Origin: Verrucomicrobiota bacterium
GTDB lineage: Bacteria > Verrucomicrobiota > Verrucomicrobiia > Limisphaerales > SIBH01
NCBI GenBank assembly: GCA_038205745.1
Contig: JBBRBM010000005.1
Location: 2,194-66,193, forward strand
Length of the DNA: 64,000 nt
Direction of reading: 5' to 3'
This document shows positions 9,848 to 18,725 of the stretch, one piece after another. The notes beneath the pieces are model-generated. The model made no database searches and was not told the origin of the DNA. It saw only the letters and a program-made list of their open reading frames with translations. The position numbers and the translations under genes were made by a program. The first letter of the stretch is position 1. Each line of letters begins with the position of its first letter.

Positions 9848-10789
9848 TCACGGCAACCGTTCACCGCGCGCCGCTTCCATCAGCCGATACCATTCGTCGC
9901 GGGAAAGATGCACCTTCTCGGCATTCGCCGCTTCGCGAATGTGATCGGGTTTCGTCGAGCCGACGATCGGCACGATATTCGCCGGGTGCTTCAGCAGCCA
10001 AGCGAGCGCGATGATCGTGCGGCTCACGCCGTAATCGCGCGCGATTTCGTCCATCGTCTCGCGCAACCCGATGCGCCGCGCGTGATCGGGGCCGTTGATA
10101 TCGATGGGCAATAAATCACTCAGCCGTCCGCCGCCGAGCGGGCTCCAGCCGAGCGGCGTGATTTTCTCGCCCATGCATTGCTCGATCGTGCCGTTTTCGA
10201 AGCAGTCGAGCTTCGCCAGACTGAGTTCAACCTGGTGAACGACGAGTCGCATCGGACATGAACGCTGAAGCAACGCGAGTTGGTGCGGCTTGAAATTACT
10301 CACGCCGAACTCACGAACTTTGCCGGCATCTTTCAAGCGCGAGAACGCGTCCGCCACTTCCTCCGGCTGCATCAGGTAATCGGGCCGGTGCAGCATGAAG
10401 ACGTCGATCGTTCCCACCCCGAGCCGCTTGAGCGACGCCTCGCAGGATTTCGTAATGTGCTCCGCGGAAAAATCGTAGCGATACGGCGAGTCGGGATGCG
10501 GAACGCCTTTGCGACGGATGCCGCACTTCGTCGCGATGACGAGTCGATCGCGGAGGGCAGGGGACTCCTTCAGCACGTCGCCAAAAATCCTTTCCGCGAC
10601 GGAGTCGGCATAAACGTCAGCGTGATCGAACAGCGTGTAGCCGGCTTCGATCGCGGTGCGGATGGCGCGTTGCGCGTTGCTCTCGCGGTCAGCGGTAGGC
10701 TCCGCGCCTTCGGGGCCAAGAATGCGCCAGCAGCCGTAGGCGACGCGGCTTACACGAATTGAAGTGGTGCCAAGCGGGATTGTATCCAT
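9848..10789 (-). CDS. Aldo/keto reductase family oxidoreductase
   Basis: 313 aa. RVAYGCWR, LFDHADVYA (catalytic Asp/Tyr region), IATKCG and MLHRPD are typical AKR motifs. Confidence 0.85.
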   Translation of the reverse strand: MDTIPLGTTSIRVSRVAYGCWRILGPEGAEPTADRESNAQRAIRTAIEAGYTLFDHADVYADSVAERIFGDVLKESPALRDRLVIATKCGIRRKGVPHPDSPYRYDFSAEHITKSCEASLKRLGVGTIDVFMLHRPDYLMQPEEVADAFSRLKDAGKVREFGVSNFKPHQLALLQRSCPMRLVVHQVELSLAKLDCFENGTIEQCMGEKITPLGWSPLGGGRLSDLLPIDINGPDHARRIGLRETMDEIARDYGVSRTIIALAWLLKHPANIVPIVGSTKPDHIREAANAEKVHLSRDEWYRLMEAARGERLP

Positions 10790-10846
10790 CGCGCGCGGAG
10801 GTTAAGACGCAGCCTGCGCCGGTCAAAGTAAAACGTGTCCGATCCG

Positions 10847-13150
10847 CTATGCGCGGCGCCGCAGCAAGAGCCGCAAGCTGTTCGCAACCACGATCACCGT
10901 GCTGCCCTCGTGCCCGATGACGCCCACGGTCAGCGGGATCACCCCCGCCAGCGCGCACGACACGAGCACCACCACGGTGCCGAGTGAAATCACCAGGTTT
11001 TGTCGGATGATGGCTCGCGCCCGGCGACTCAGCCGGAAGGCCGTGAGGAAATTCTCCAAGCGGTCGTGCATCAGCACGATCTCAGCCTGTTCGAGCGCGG
11101 CGTCGGAACCGCGCGCGCCCATCGCCACGCCAACGTCGGCAACAGCGAGGCTCGGCGCATCGTTCACGCCATCGCCGATCATCGCCACGCGTATGCCGCG
11201 TTGCGTGAACTCGCGAATGGCGCTGACCTTTTCCTCCGGCTTCAGTTCGGCGCGCACATCATCCACGTGCAACGCCGTCTTCAAGTGTTCCGCAGAGCTC
11301 TTGCGATCGCCGGTGAGCACGAGTGTTTGCAGACCTGCGGCCCGCATCTGATCGATGACATCGCGCGCCTGCGGACGAATATCATCGCGCAGCGTGACGC
11401 GGCCGACGAGTCCATCGACCGACAACCACACCTCGGAGATGCCAGGCTCAGTTTGCGAGAGCATATCCTCCCGGCCTTCCATGACCCATTCGCGCCGGCC
11501 AAGCTTCACGCGCTTGCCGCTCCACTCGGCCTGCAAGCCCATTCCGGTCACCGACTCGAATTTCTCGAACGCGATCACGCGCAGCCCTTCGTGTTTGCCG
11601 TGTCGCGTCACGGCGCGCGCCAGAGGATGGGTGGAAAGTTTTTCCAGCGAGTATGCCAACTCGGCGACTTCGCCTTCGCGGCCGGCGGGAAAACTTTCCA
11701 CTCGTTCGACCTTCAGTTCCCCCGTCGTCAGCGTGCCAGTCTTGTCCATCGCGACAACGGTCACGTTTGCAAGATTTTCCACCGCCGCGCCGCCCCGAAA
11801 CAAAATGCCGCGGCGGGCGCTCCACGCGATGGCCGCCAGAACCGCGCTCGGAATCGACAACACCAGAGCACACGGCGACGCCACGACGAGCAGCGTCATG
11901 GCTTTGTAGAACGCGCTCGTCTGCGATCCGTCTGTGACAAACGGCGGACGCTTGAGCACGAGCCACCACACGAAAAACATCACCGCCGTGAGCAGCAGGA
12001 TGGCGTAGGTGTAAGTTGTCCCGAATTTGTCGGTGAGCCGCTGCGCCGGTGCTTTGAGGTGTTGCGCTTCCTTGATCAGCCGGATGATTTTTTGCAGCGC
12101 GCTTTCCGAGGCGCCGCGCAACACGGTGACTTCCACGGAACCCCACAAGTTGATCGTGCCCGCGAGCACCGTGTCGCCGATCGCTTTTTCCACTGGCGTC
12201 GCTTCACCGGTGAGATTCGATTCATCACTCGCGGTGGTGCCCTTCACGACCTCGGCATCGACCGGGAACTGATCGCCGGGTTTGATGAGCAGCCGCATTC
12301 CCGCAGCCAATTCGCTGACGGAAACGACTCGTTCCGTTCCGTTCTCGATGACAGTTGCCTCCTTCGGCGCGGATTTGAATAGCGCGGAGATTTCCCGCTG
12401 GGTGCGGCCCATCGCGTAATGTTCGAGCGCGCCGGAGAACGAGAACAGAAACAGCAACGTCGCTCCTTCCGCCCACCCGCCGATCGACGCGCTGCCGACG
12501 GCCACGGCGAGCATCAGGAAATGAACATCGAGTTTGCGCTCCTGCAATCCTTCCCAAATTTCGCCGACGACGAACCACCCGCCGGCGAGGTACGAGAGCA
12601 TGAAGAGAATTTTCGAAGCCGGCGTGCCTCTCAAAAGAAAGGCCGCGAGCCCGAGCGCACCACACAAGATTGCTGCGGCGAGTTGGAACTTCCATTCGTT
12701 GATGTGCGCTTCGTCGTCATCGAGATGCAGTTCGCGCGGGACGAAGACCGGCAGCGGAATGTTTTTCCAACGCCAGAACTTCGGCGCCGTCGCGCAAGTC
12801 TTGCGCGCGATCGTCGTGGCGTTCTCCGTGTGCTGGATGTCGAGCCGCTGTCGCAGCGATGGATCATTCGGCACCGAGCAGAGGTCGCAATTCGTTTCGC
12901 CGTCAAGGAGACCACAGCGCGGTTTCTGGGTGCTCTCGCGCAACTCGCGGATGTTCTCCGTGACGATGCGCTCGATGTCACCGGCGGGCTTGCCGAGTGT
13001 GGCGAGCGAGATCGAGTGGCTTTGCCGGTCGATCTTCACCGCTTCGAGCGACGGCTCTCGTTCCATCGCTTGTGCGACGGTCTGCACGAGGCATCGGCTC
13101 GAACTGCACGTTGATGTTTCTCCCGCCATTGAATTAGAAACTACGGTCAC
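10847..13150 (-). CDS. Heavy-metal translocating P1B-type ATPase (SPC transmembrane motif)
   Basis: DKTGTLTTGE phosphorylation site, NLTGEA actuator motif, GDGVNDAP hinge, HEGSTVIVVANSLRLL. The TM motif is VVASPCALVLS (SPC rather than CPC). The N-terminus is Cys-rich (STCSSSRC; CGLLDGETNCDLC). Confidence 0.9.
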   Translation of the reverse strand: MTVVSNSMAGETSTCSSSRCLVQTVAQAMEREPSLEAVKIDRQSHSISLATLGKPAGDIERIVTENIRELRESTQKPRCGLLDGETNCDLCSVPNDPSLRQRLDIQHTENATTIARKTCATAPKFWRWKNIPLPVFVPRELHLDDDEAHINEWKFQLAAAILCGALGLAAFLLRGTPASKILFMLSYLAGGWFVVGEIWEGLQERKLDVHFLMLAVAVGSASIGGWAEGATLLFLFSFSGALEHYAMGRTQREISALFKSAPKEATVIENGTERVVSVSELAAGMRLLIKPGDQFPVDAEVVKGTTASDESNLTGEATPVEKAIGDTVLAGTINLWGSVEVTVLRGASESALQKIIRLIKEAQHLKAPAQRLTDKFGTTYTYAILLLTAVMFFVWWLVLKRPPFVTDGSQTSAFYKAMTLLVVASPCALVLSIPSAVLAAIAWSARRGILFRGGAAVENLANVTVVAMDKTGTLTTGELKVERVESFPAGREGEVAELAYSLEKLSTHPLARAVTRHGKHEGLRVIAFEKFESVTGMGLQAEWSGKRVKLGRREWVMEGREDMLSQTEPGISEVWLSVDGLVGRVTLRDDIRPQARDVIDQMRAAGLQTLVLTGDRKSSAEHLKTALHVDDVRAELKPEEKVSAIREFTQRGIRVAMIGDGVNDAPSLAVADVGVAMGARGSDAALEQAEIVLMHDRLENFLTAFRLSRRARAIIRQNLVISLGTVVVLVSCALAGVIPLTVGVIGHEGSTVIVVANSLRLLLRRRA

Positions 13151-13220
13151 ACTATCGCATGGCTGGGCGGGAATTGGGAATTCTTAAGCGTGGATTGAAT
13201 CAAGCCCGCGTGGGGCGGCA

Positions 13221-14186
13221 TCAATTCAAGCCGCTGGCTTGCTTCGCCCGGGACAATACCTTCGAGTTGATCGCGCGCGCGCGCTCCGCGCCTTCGCGCA
13301 GCACCTGGTGAACGTAGTCGAGGTTCTCGGCCAACTCCGCGCGGCGAGTCCGGGCGGTGGCGAAGTAATTCCAGTAATGCTCGAACAACGCTTTCTTCAA
13401 ATCGCCGTAGCCGTAGCCGCCTGCGCGCAAACGATTCTCGATGTCGGCCGCAACTTCAGTCGGCGCGACGAGTTTCAAAAGTTGGATCGCGTTGTTCTTC
13501 TCGGCGTCCGGCTTGGGCTCGGCGGGTGAACGCGTGTCGGTGAGGATGCTCATCACCTTTTTGCGCAGCGCCTTTTCGTCGCCGAAAATCTCGATGGTGT
13601 TGCCGTAGCTCTTGCTCATCTTCTGCCCGTCGGTGCCGGGCACGACCGCGACGTCCTCGCGAATCATCGGTTCGGGAATGACGAACGTCTGGCCGTACGA
13701 TTCGTTGAACTTGATCGCGATGTCGCGCGTGACTTCCACGTGCTGCTTTTGGTCGCGGCCCACCGGAACGATGTTCGAGTCGTAGAGCAGGATGTCTGCG
13801 GCCATCAACACCGGGTAGGCGAACAATCCGTGGTTCACGGGAATACCCTTCGCGACCTTGTCTTTGTAGCTTGTGCATTTTTCCAACAGGCTCATGGGCG
13901 TGAGCGTGGAGAGAATCCACGCCAGTTCCGTGTGCTCCGGAGTGTCGGACTGCAACCAAAACACCGAGCGTTTCGGGTCAAGCCCGCAGGCGAGGAAATC
14001 AAGCGCGACATCGAGCGAGTTCTTCCGGCGTTGCTCCGCGTCGAAGAGCGACGTCATGGAGTGATAATTGGCGATGAAGTAAAACGCCTCGCCCTTCTCC
14101 TGAAGCTCGATCGCCGGGCGCATCATCCCGAAATAATTTCCGAGATGCAGCGCGCCGGAAGGTTGAATGCCCGACAGAATTCGCAT
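13221..14186 (-). CDS. trpS: Tryptophan--tRNA ligase
   Basis: Trimmed to the ATG (CAT at 14184-14186), giving MRILSGIQPSGALHLGNYFG (HIGH-type motif). KMSKS is present (GQKMSKSYGN), with the class-Ic TrpRS pattern VPVGRDQKQHVE. Confidence 0.9.
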   Translation of the reverse strand: MRILSGIQPSGALHLGNYFGMMRPAIELQEKGEAFYFIANYHSMTSLFDAEQRRKNSLDVALDFLACGLDPKRSVFWLQSDTPEHTELAWILSTLTPMSLLEKCTSYKDKVAKGIPVNHGLFAYPVLMAADILLYDSNIVPVGRDQKQHVEVTRDIAIKFNESYGQTFVIPEPMIREDVAVVPGTDGQKMSKSYGNTIEIFGDEKALRKKVMSILTDTRSPAEPKPDAEKNNAIQLLKLVAPTEVAADIENRLRAGGYGYGDLKKALFEHYWNYFATARTRRAELAENLDYVHQVLREGAERARAINSKVLSRAKQASGLN

Positions 14187-14230
14187 GGCGCGAGACGGTA
14201 ATGGAATTTGAAATGCAGGGAAGCAGGAAT

Positions 14231-14364
14231 GTCTCGCGAACGTGCCCCCGGCATCCTGCCGGGCGGAGTAGGCGCCAGATCGAGCAGCGCTTCCTACTTT
14301 CTCAATCGCGACCCGGCAAGATGCCGGGGGCACGTTGTGTCGGCCGTCGCGTTCTTCGCGAGAC
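14231..14364. repeat. MITE/REP-like palindromic element in the trpS / dehydratase divergent intergenic region
   Basis: The left arm GTCTCGCGAACGTGCCCCCGGCATCCTGCCGGG (14231-14263) pairs with the right arm CCCGGCAAGATGCCGGGGGCACGT...TTCGCGAGAC (14312-14364). An inner small hairpin AGTAGG...CCTACT is also present. Confidence 0.7.
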
Positions 14365-14395
14365 AACTTCATCCGGTTCTGCTTAAACGCTGTCG

Positions 14396-14827
14396 ATGAA
14401 TGACGTTCTCTCTGTCGCACTGGCTTCGCTTCCGCATGGCCCGGAGTTTCGCTTCATCGACAAACTGACGGCGCTCGACCCCGGCAAGAGCGGCGCGGGC
14501 GAATACACCTTGCGCGGGGACGAGCCGTTTCTGCGCGGACATTTCCCCGGCCAGCCGATCATGCCGGGCGTCTTGCTCGTGGAAGCGGGCGCGCAACTTG
14601 CCGGCGTCGTCGCGCAGTGTGATCCCGTTGTTCCGCCGCTCGCTGGCTTGAAACTCACGGCGATTCGGAACGCGAAGATTCTCGGCGCTGCTTCACCGGG
14701 GGAACTGATTCAACTCGAGGCGCGCGTCACCGGTCGCATGGGGAATCTGATTCAAGCGCACGTCACGGCGCAAACCGCAGGCCGAGTCCAACTCAATGCA
14801 GACGTCGTCTTGAGCGGTGACGTTTGA
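14396..14827 (+). CDS. Hotdog-fold 3-hydroxyacyl-ACP dehydratase (FabA/FabZ family)
   Basis: 143 aa. The segment FRFIDKL...FLRGHFPGQPIMPGVLLVEAGAQLAG matches the catalytic His and PGVL pattern of FabZ-like dehydratases. Confidence 0.7.
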   Translation: MNDVLSVALASLPHGPEFRFIDKLTALDPGKSGAGEYTLRGDEPFLRGHFPGQPIMPGVLLVEAGAQLAGVVAQCDPVVPPLAGLKLTAIRNAKILGAASPGELIQLEARVTGRMGNLIQAHVTAQTAGRVQLNADVVLSGDV

Positions 14828-14860
14828 GCGAAACTCGCTTCGGCGAGAAACGTGGACAGG

Positions 14861-14900
14861 AAAAAACGAGCGGCGGTATTGAACCGCCGCTCGTCTCGGA
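14861..14900. terminator. Bidirectional hairpin terminator between the convergent dehydratase and rpsT genes
   Basis: AAAAAACGAGCGGCGG-TATTGAA-CCGCCGCTCGTCTCGGAAAA forms an 11-bp GC-rich stem with A/T-rich runs on both sides. Confidence 0.6.
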
Positions 14901-14914
14901 AAACCGGATTGAAA

Positions 14915-15178
14915 TTACTTCAGCGCCGCAAGACGCACCGTGAGGCGCGACTTCTTGCGATTGGCCGTGCCGCGATGGATCACGCCGACCTTGGCCGCTT
15001 TGTCGAACGCGGAGAGCGTGTCCTTCAAAGCGGTGACGGCTTCGTCTTTCTTGCCACCTTTGACGGCGGCGTTGTAGCGCTTCTCAAGCGACTTGAGCCG
15101 GCTCGTGAGACTGCGGTTGTGCGCCTGTTTACGGGCGCTATTGCGCATGCGGCGTTCAGCGGATTTCGTGTTCGGCAT
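14915..15178 (-). CDS. rpsT: 30S ribosomal protein S20
   Basis: 87 aa. MPNTKSAERRMRNSARKQAHNRSLTSRLKS... is the canonical basic S20 N-terminus, and the HRGTANRKKSRL tail matches. Confidence 0.9.
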   Translation of the reverse strand: MPNTKSAERRMRNSARKQAHNRSLTSRLKSLEKRYNAAVKGGKKDEAVTALKDTLSAFDKAAKVGVIHRGTANRKKSRLTVRLAALK

Positions 15179-15270
15179 AAAAAATCAGGCGCGCAAGGTA
15201 TCGGAACGAACGCCGTTGTCAACGGAGCAAAAAGGAAAGCAAGGCGGCGGACTTTTCCTGATTTAACTTT

Positions 15271-15413
15271 CATTAGCACCCGGCTTCAGCCGGGTGTTGT
15301 TGCGTTTCCAGGGAGTAGAGCCGCTTCAGCGGATTCGTTCGGTGTCGCAAAACCGCTGAAGCGGTTGAAGTTCGTGGCGAATGCGAACACCCGGCTGAAG
15401 CCGGGTGCTAATG
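15271..15413. repeat. 143-bp MITE/REP-like element with 28-nt terminal inverted repeats and nested inner hairpins
   Basis: CATTAGCACCCGGCTTCAGCCGGGTGTT (15271-15298) pairs with AACACCCGGCTGAAGCCGGGTGCTAATG (15386-15413), a perfect reverse complement. The inner pair is GCCGCTTCAGCGG / ACCGCTGAAGCGGT. Confidence 0.8.
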
Positions 15414-15609
15414 AGAATGTCCTGGCCCCGGGGTTAGCTTCACTTTCTTTACAACTCCTCCGCCGGACAGTTTCGACGTTCTTCGCACAACGCAAAACAG
15501 CCATTAGAAGGTATCTGGTGTTACCACCCTCTTTGTATTGAGTTTCATTGCCGCCTTTCGCGCCTGCAAAAGCTCACGAGTGGAGAGTGGTTTTGTCCGG
15601 ACTCCAAAC

Positions 15610-16959
15610 TCACGCCTCGATCGCGTAAGCCTTGATCTTGTTGTAGAGCGTCTGGCGTCCGATGCCGAGGCGCTTGGCGGTTTCCAGCTTGTTGCCGCGC
15701 GTCTCTTTCAATACCTGCAAAATGGTATTGCGCTCCATCGCTTCCATGAGCGTGAAGTTGGAACTCAATTCAGTGGTCTCGGCGGCGGCGGATTCAACAT
15801 TGATCGTGAGGTCTGCGGTGTCGATGACTTTGCCCTCGGACATGAGCACGGCGCGTTGCACCTCGTTCTGTAGCTGGCGCACGTTGCCCGGCCAATCGAA
15901 GCGGCGCATGGCTTCAGCCGCCTGCGGTGTGAAGCCGGTGATGACGCGGTTTGCCTGCGCGGCGAAGCGTTTCAAGAATGCGTTTCCCAGCGGAATGATG
16001 TCTTCGCGGCGCTCGCGCAATGGCGGCAGAAACACCGAGATCGCACTGATGCGGTAATACAAATCCTCGCGCATCTTTCCGTCTTTGATCGCCTCGGCGG
16101 GAACACGATTGGTCGCCGCAATCACCCGGCAGTCGATCTTGTAACTCGTCTTGCCGCCGACGGGACGCACTTCTTTTTCCTGCAGCACGCGGAGCAACTT
16201 GCTCTGTGTGTCGATCGGCATTTCGGAAAGTTCGTCGAGCAACAACGTGCCGCCTTCGGCCTGGCGGAACAGACCTTCGCGGTCGGCTTGCGCGCCGGTG
16301 AACGCGCCTTTCACGGAACCAAAGAGTTCGCTTTCGATCAACTCACGGGGCAACGCCGCGCAGTTCACCTTGATGTTCGGGCCCTTGCTGCGCGGGCTCA
16401 ACGCATGGATCAGATCGGCGATGACTTCCTTGCCCGTGCCGCTCTCGCCCGTGATCAGGATGGAAACATCGCTCGGAGCGACGCGTTCGATCGTACGCAC
16501 GACCTGCTTCATCATCGGGCTCTGGAAAATCGGTGAAGATCCGCCGCTCATCGTCGAGAGCGCGCGACGCAACGCACCGTTCTCTTCGTTGATCTGCTTG
16601 TGCTCCAGAGCGCGCTCGACTTGAAGCTTCAGCGTGCTGGCGTCGAACGGCTTGCTCTGAAAATAGTAGGCGCCACGTTTCGTTGCCTCGACGGCGGCTT
16701 CAATCGATCCATGGCCGGTGAGTACGATGACCTCGGCTTCGGGCCAGGTCTTTTTGAGTTGCGGCAGCAGAGCGAGGCCATCGGCGTCGGGAAGCTTCAG
16801 GTCCAGGAGAATGACATCGGGTTGCCCGCTGGCGTACAGGGTTTCAAGCGTGGCGGCATCGGCGGCCTCGGTGACGTCGCAGCCGTTCTTCTCGAGGATT
16901 GTCCTGACGAACTCGCGGATGACGGCCTCATCGTCCACGATCATGACCTTTGGCTTCAT
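15610..16959 (-). CDS. Sigma-54-dependent response regulator (NtrC/AtoC family enhancer-binding protein)
   Basis: Receiver domain (VMIVDDE, DVILLDLKLPDADG). AAA+ Walker A GESGTGKE, GAFTGA loop, ESELFG. C-terminal Fis-type HTH (RGNKLETAKRLGIGRQTLYNKIK). Confidence 0.9.
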   Translation of the reverse strand: MKPKVMIVDDEAVIREFVRTILEKNGCDVTEAADAATLETLYASGQPDVILLDLKLPDADGLALLPQLKKTWPEAEVIVLTGHGSIEAAVEATKRGAYYFQSKPFDASTLKLQVERALEHKQINEENGALRRALSTMSGGSSPIFQSPMMKQVVRTIERVAPSDVSILITGESGTGKEVIADLIHALSPRSKGPNIKVNCAALPRELIESELFGSVKGAFTGAQADREGLFRQAEGGTLLLDELSEMPIDTQSKLLRVLQEKEVRPVGGKTSYKIDCRVIAATNRVPAEAIKDGKMREDLYYRISAISVFLPPLRERREDIIPLGNAFLKRFAAQANRVITGFTPQAAEAMRRFDWPGNVRQLQNEVQRAVLMSEGKVIDTADLTINVESAAAETTELSSNFTLMEAMERNTILQVLKETRGNKLETAKRLGIGRQTLYNKIKAYAIEA

Positions 16960-17717
16960 AGTTTCTTGCTGCCCAACGCTGCTTTCACAAACGCCTTGAA
17001 GATTCCCAGATGTCCACCATATCGGTCGAACAGCCGCTCGGGATGAAATTGCACGGCCAGGAAAAACGGGAGCACTTGCGCCGCGTCTGGTTTCAATTCC
17101 ATGGCTTCGATGATTCCGTCCGAACTGCGTGCCGTCACTTCAAATGGTTCCGCGATCCGTTCCACGGCCTGATGATGCGAGCTGTTCACACCGAGCTCTG
17201 ACTTTGTTGCGATTTTCCACATCAGAGAACCGCGAGTCAATGCCACTTCATGAACGCAGTCATTCTTCTTGTCCATCCGCCGATGGTCGATTGCACCGCT
17301 GACCTGCGCTTCGATGTCCACCACGAGCGATCCGCCGAAGGCAATATTGACGAGCTGGTGGCCGCGACAAATGGCCAGCAGCGGCTTGTGCTGGCGGAAG
17401 GTTTCTTCGATCACCATCAACTCGAAGAGGTCGCGCGCGGCGTCCACTCCGGTCACGGTCTCGCGAATCCTGGCGCTCACCTTCGCGTCGTATAACTCCG
17501 GTTGGATGTCGTCACCGCCGGTCAGCATCACGCCGTCGCAACGCGCCACGGCCTCTGCCACGAACTTTTTCTCCGCGATACAGGGCGTCACCCACGGCAA
17601 CCCGCCGCCGGCGCGCACCGCCAGAGAATACTTGTTCGACAAGCTGATCGAGTTGTCCTCGAACTCGACGCCGTTCTGCTGCGTGCTGGGCGTGACGAGG
17701 ATCAGCGGGGACTTCAT
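16956..17717 (-). CDS. Class I glutamine amidotransferase / gamma-glutamyl-GABA hydrolase family (peptidase C26, PuuD-like)
   Basis: LLAICRGHQLVNIAFGG (nucleophile Cys elbow), VNSSHHQAV, VQFHPE. The stop overlaps the start of the response-regulator gene by 4 bp. Confidence 0.8.
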   Translation of the reverse strand: MKSPLILVTPSTQQNGVEFEDNSISLSNKYSLAVRAGGGLPWVTPCIAEKKFVAEAVARCDGVMLTGGDDIQPELYDAKVSARIRETVTGVDAARDLFELMVIEETFRQHKPLLAICRGHQLVNIAFGGSLVVDIEAQVSGAIDHRRMDKKNDCVHEVALTRGSLMWKIATKSELGVNSSHHQAVERIAEPFEVTARSSDGIIEAMELKPDAAQVLPFFLAVQFHPERLFDRYGGHLGIFKAFVKAALGSKKL

Positions 17718-17720
17718 GGC

Positions 17721-17990
17721 CTAAACTTTTGCGTCGGGAAATCGCTGCAATATGGTGCGCCGGACATTGTCTTCCTCCTCGGGACGAACGAGTCGTCGAT
17801 TGATGCGCCGTCGCACCCCGTCGAGCAACTCGATCCAATCTTCCAGCGGCGGTTCGTCCTGCTCCTCCCAGTCGTCGAACCGCTTGTTGCGCTTGTAGAA
17901 GAGCCAGCGGTTGCCCACGTGATGCGCGTAGACCTGAACGGGTTCACCGCTCTCATCCTCGCGCTTCCAACTGATTTCTGCTTTGGCCAT
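17721..17990 (-). CDS. Small acidic/basic hypothetical protein (89 aa), first gene of the PuuD-like / sigma54-regulator operon
   Basis: ATG-initiated ORF that ends 3 nt before the PuuD-like start. The composition is protein-like, and I recognise no family. Confidence 0.5.
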   Translation of the reverse strand: MAKAEISWKREDESGEPVQVYAHHVGNRWLFYKRNKRFDDWEEQDEPPLEDWIELLDGVRRRINRRLVRPEEEDNVRRTILQRFPDAKV

Positions 17991-18044
17991 TTATGTGGTT
18001 ACAGGTTGAATGTTGAAGGTTGCAGGTTCATGAACCTGCAGCGT

Positions 18045-18542
18045 TCAACTGGGTATCGTCTTCGGCTCCGCCAATTCCACGCTCGCCACCGCCATCGCTG
18101 CGATCCCTTCGCCGCGCCCGATGAAGCCGAGCAACTCGTTCGTGGTCGCCTTCACCGAAACGCGATTCACGTTGACGCCCAGCGCCTCGGCAATGTTCTC
18201 CTTCATGTGCTGCACGTGCGGCGCGATCTTCGGCGCCTGCGCGATCAACGTCGCATCGATATTCACGATGCGTCCGTCGCGGAACGAAATCTGGCGCGCA
18301 GCTTCTTCCAAAAACACCTTGCTCGGAACGTTCTTCCAACGCGGGTCTGTGTTGGGGAAAAAATGTCCGATGTCCGATTCCCCAATCGCGCCGAGCACCG
18401 CGTCACAGATCGCGTGCATCAACACGTCGGCGTCCGAATGGCCGTCGAGTCCTTTGCTGTAAGGAATTTCCACACCGCCGAGGAAAAGTTTTCGCCCCTC
18501 CACCAACTGATGCACATCGTAGCCGATGCCCACATGATTCAT
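18045..18542 (-). CDS. ispF: 2-C-methyl-D-erythritol 2,4-cyclodiphosphate synthase
   Basis: GIGYDVHQL, GHSDADVLMHAICDAVLGA and ATTNELLGFIGRGEGIA are canonical IspF motifs. Confidence 0.92.
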   Translation of the reverse strand: MNHVGIGYDVHQLVEGRKLFLGGVEIPYSKGLDGHSDADVLMHAICDAVLGAIGESDIGHFFPNTDPRWKNVPSKVFLEEAARQISFRDGRIVNIDATLIAQAPKIAPHVQHMKENIAEALGVNVNRVSVKATTNELLGFIGRGEGIAAMAVASVELAEPKTIPS

Positions 18543-18593
18543 CGCGCGCAGTATAGAAACGTCGCTCGGTTTACCAAGTGATTTCCGGGAGTG

Positions 18594-18676
18594 GTGTCTC
18601 GCGAAAATCGCGAAGGCGGCGAAGGAAAGTGTCGATTCGAAATACCTTCGTTTCCTTCGCGTCCTTCGCGGGACAC
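18594..18676. repeat. Imperfect inverted repeat built from CGCGAAGG/CCTTCGCG units in the ispF / folE divergent intergenic region
   Basis: GTGTCTCGCGAAAATCGCGAAGGCGGCGAAGGAAAG faces CCTTCGTTTCCTTCGCGTCCTTCGCGGGACAC. A related TTCTTCGCGAGAC motif recurs at 9826-9843 and 14351-14364. Confidence 0.6.
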
Positions 18677-18725
18677 CGTTTTCCGCGCTGGACGCTCACA
18701 CCACCTTCGGCGACTTTCGCGATCG

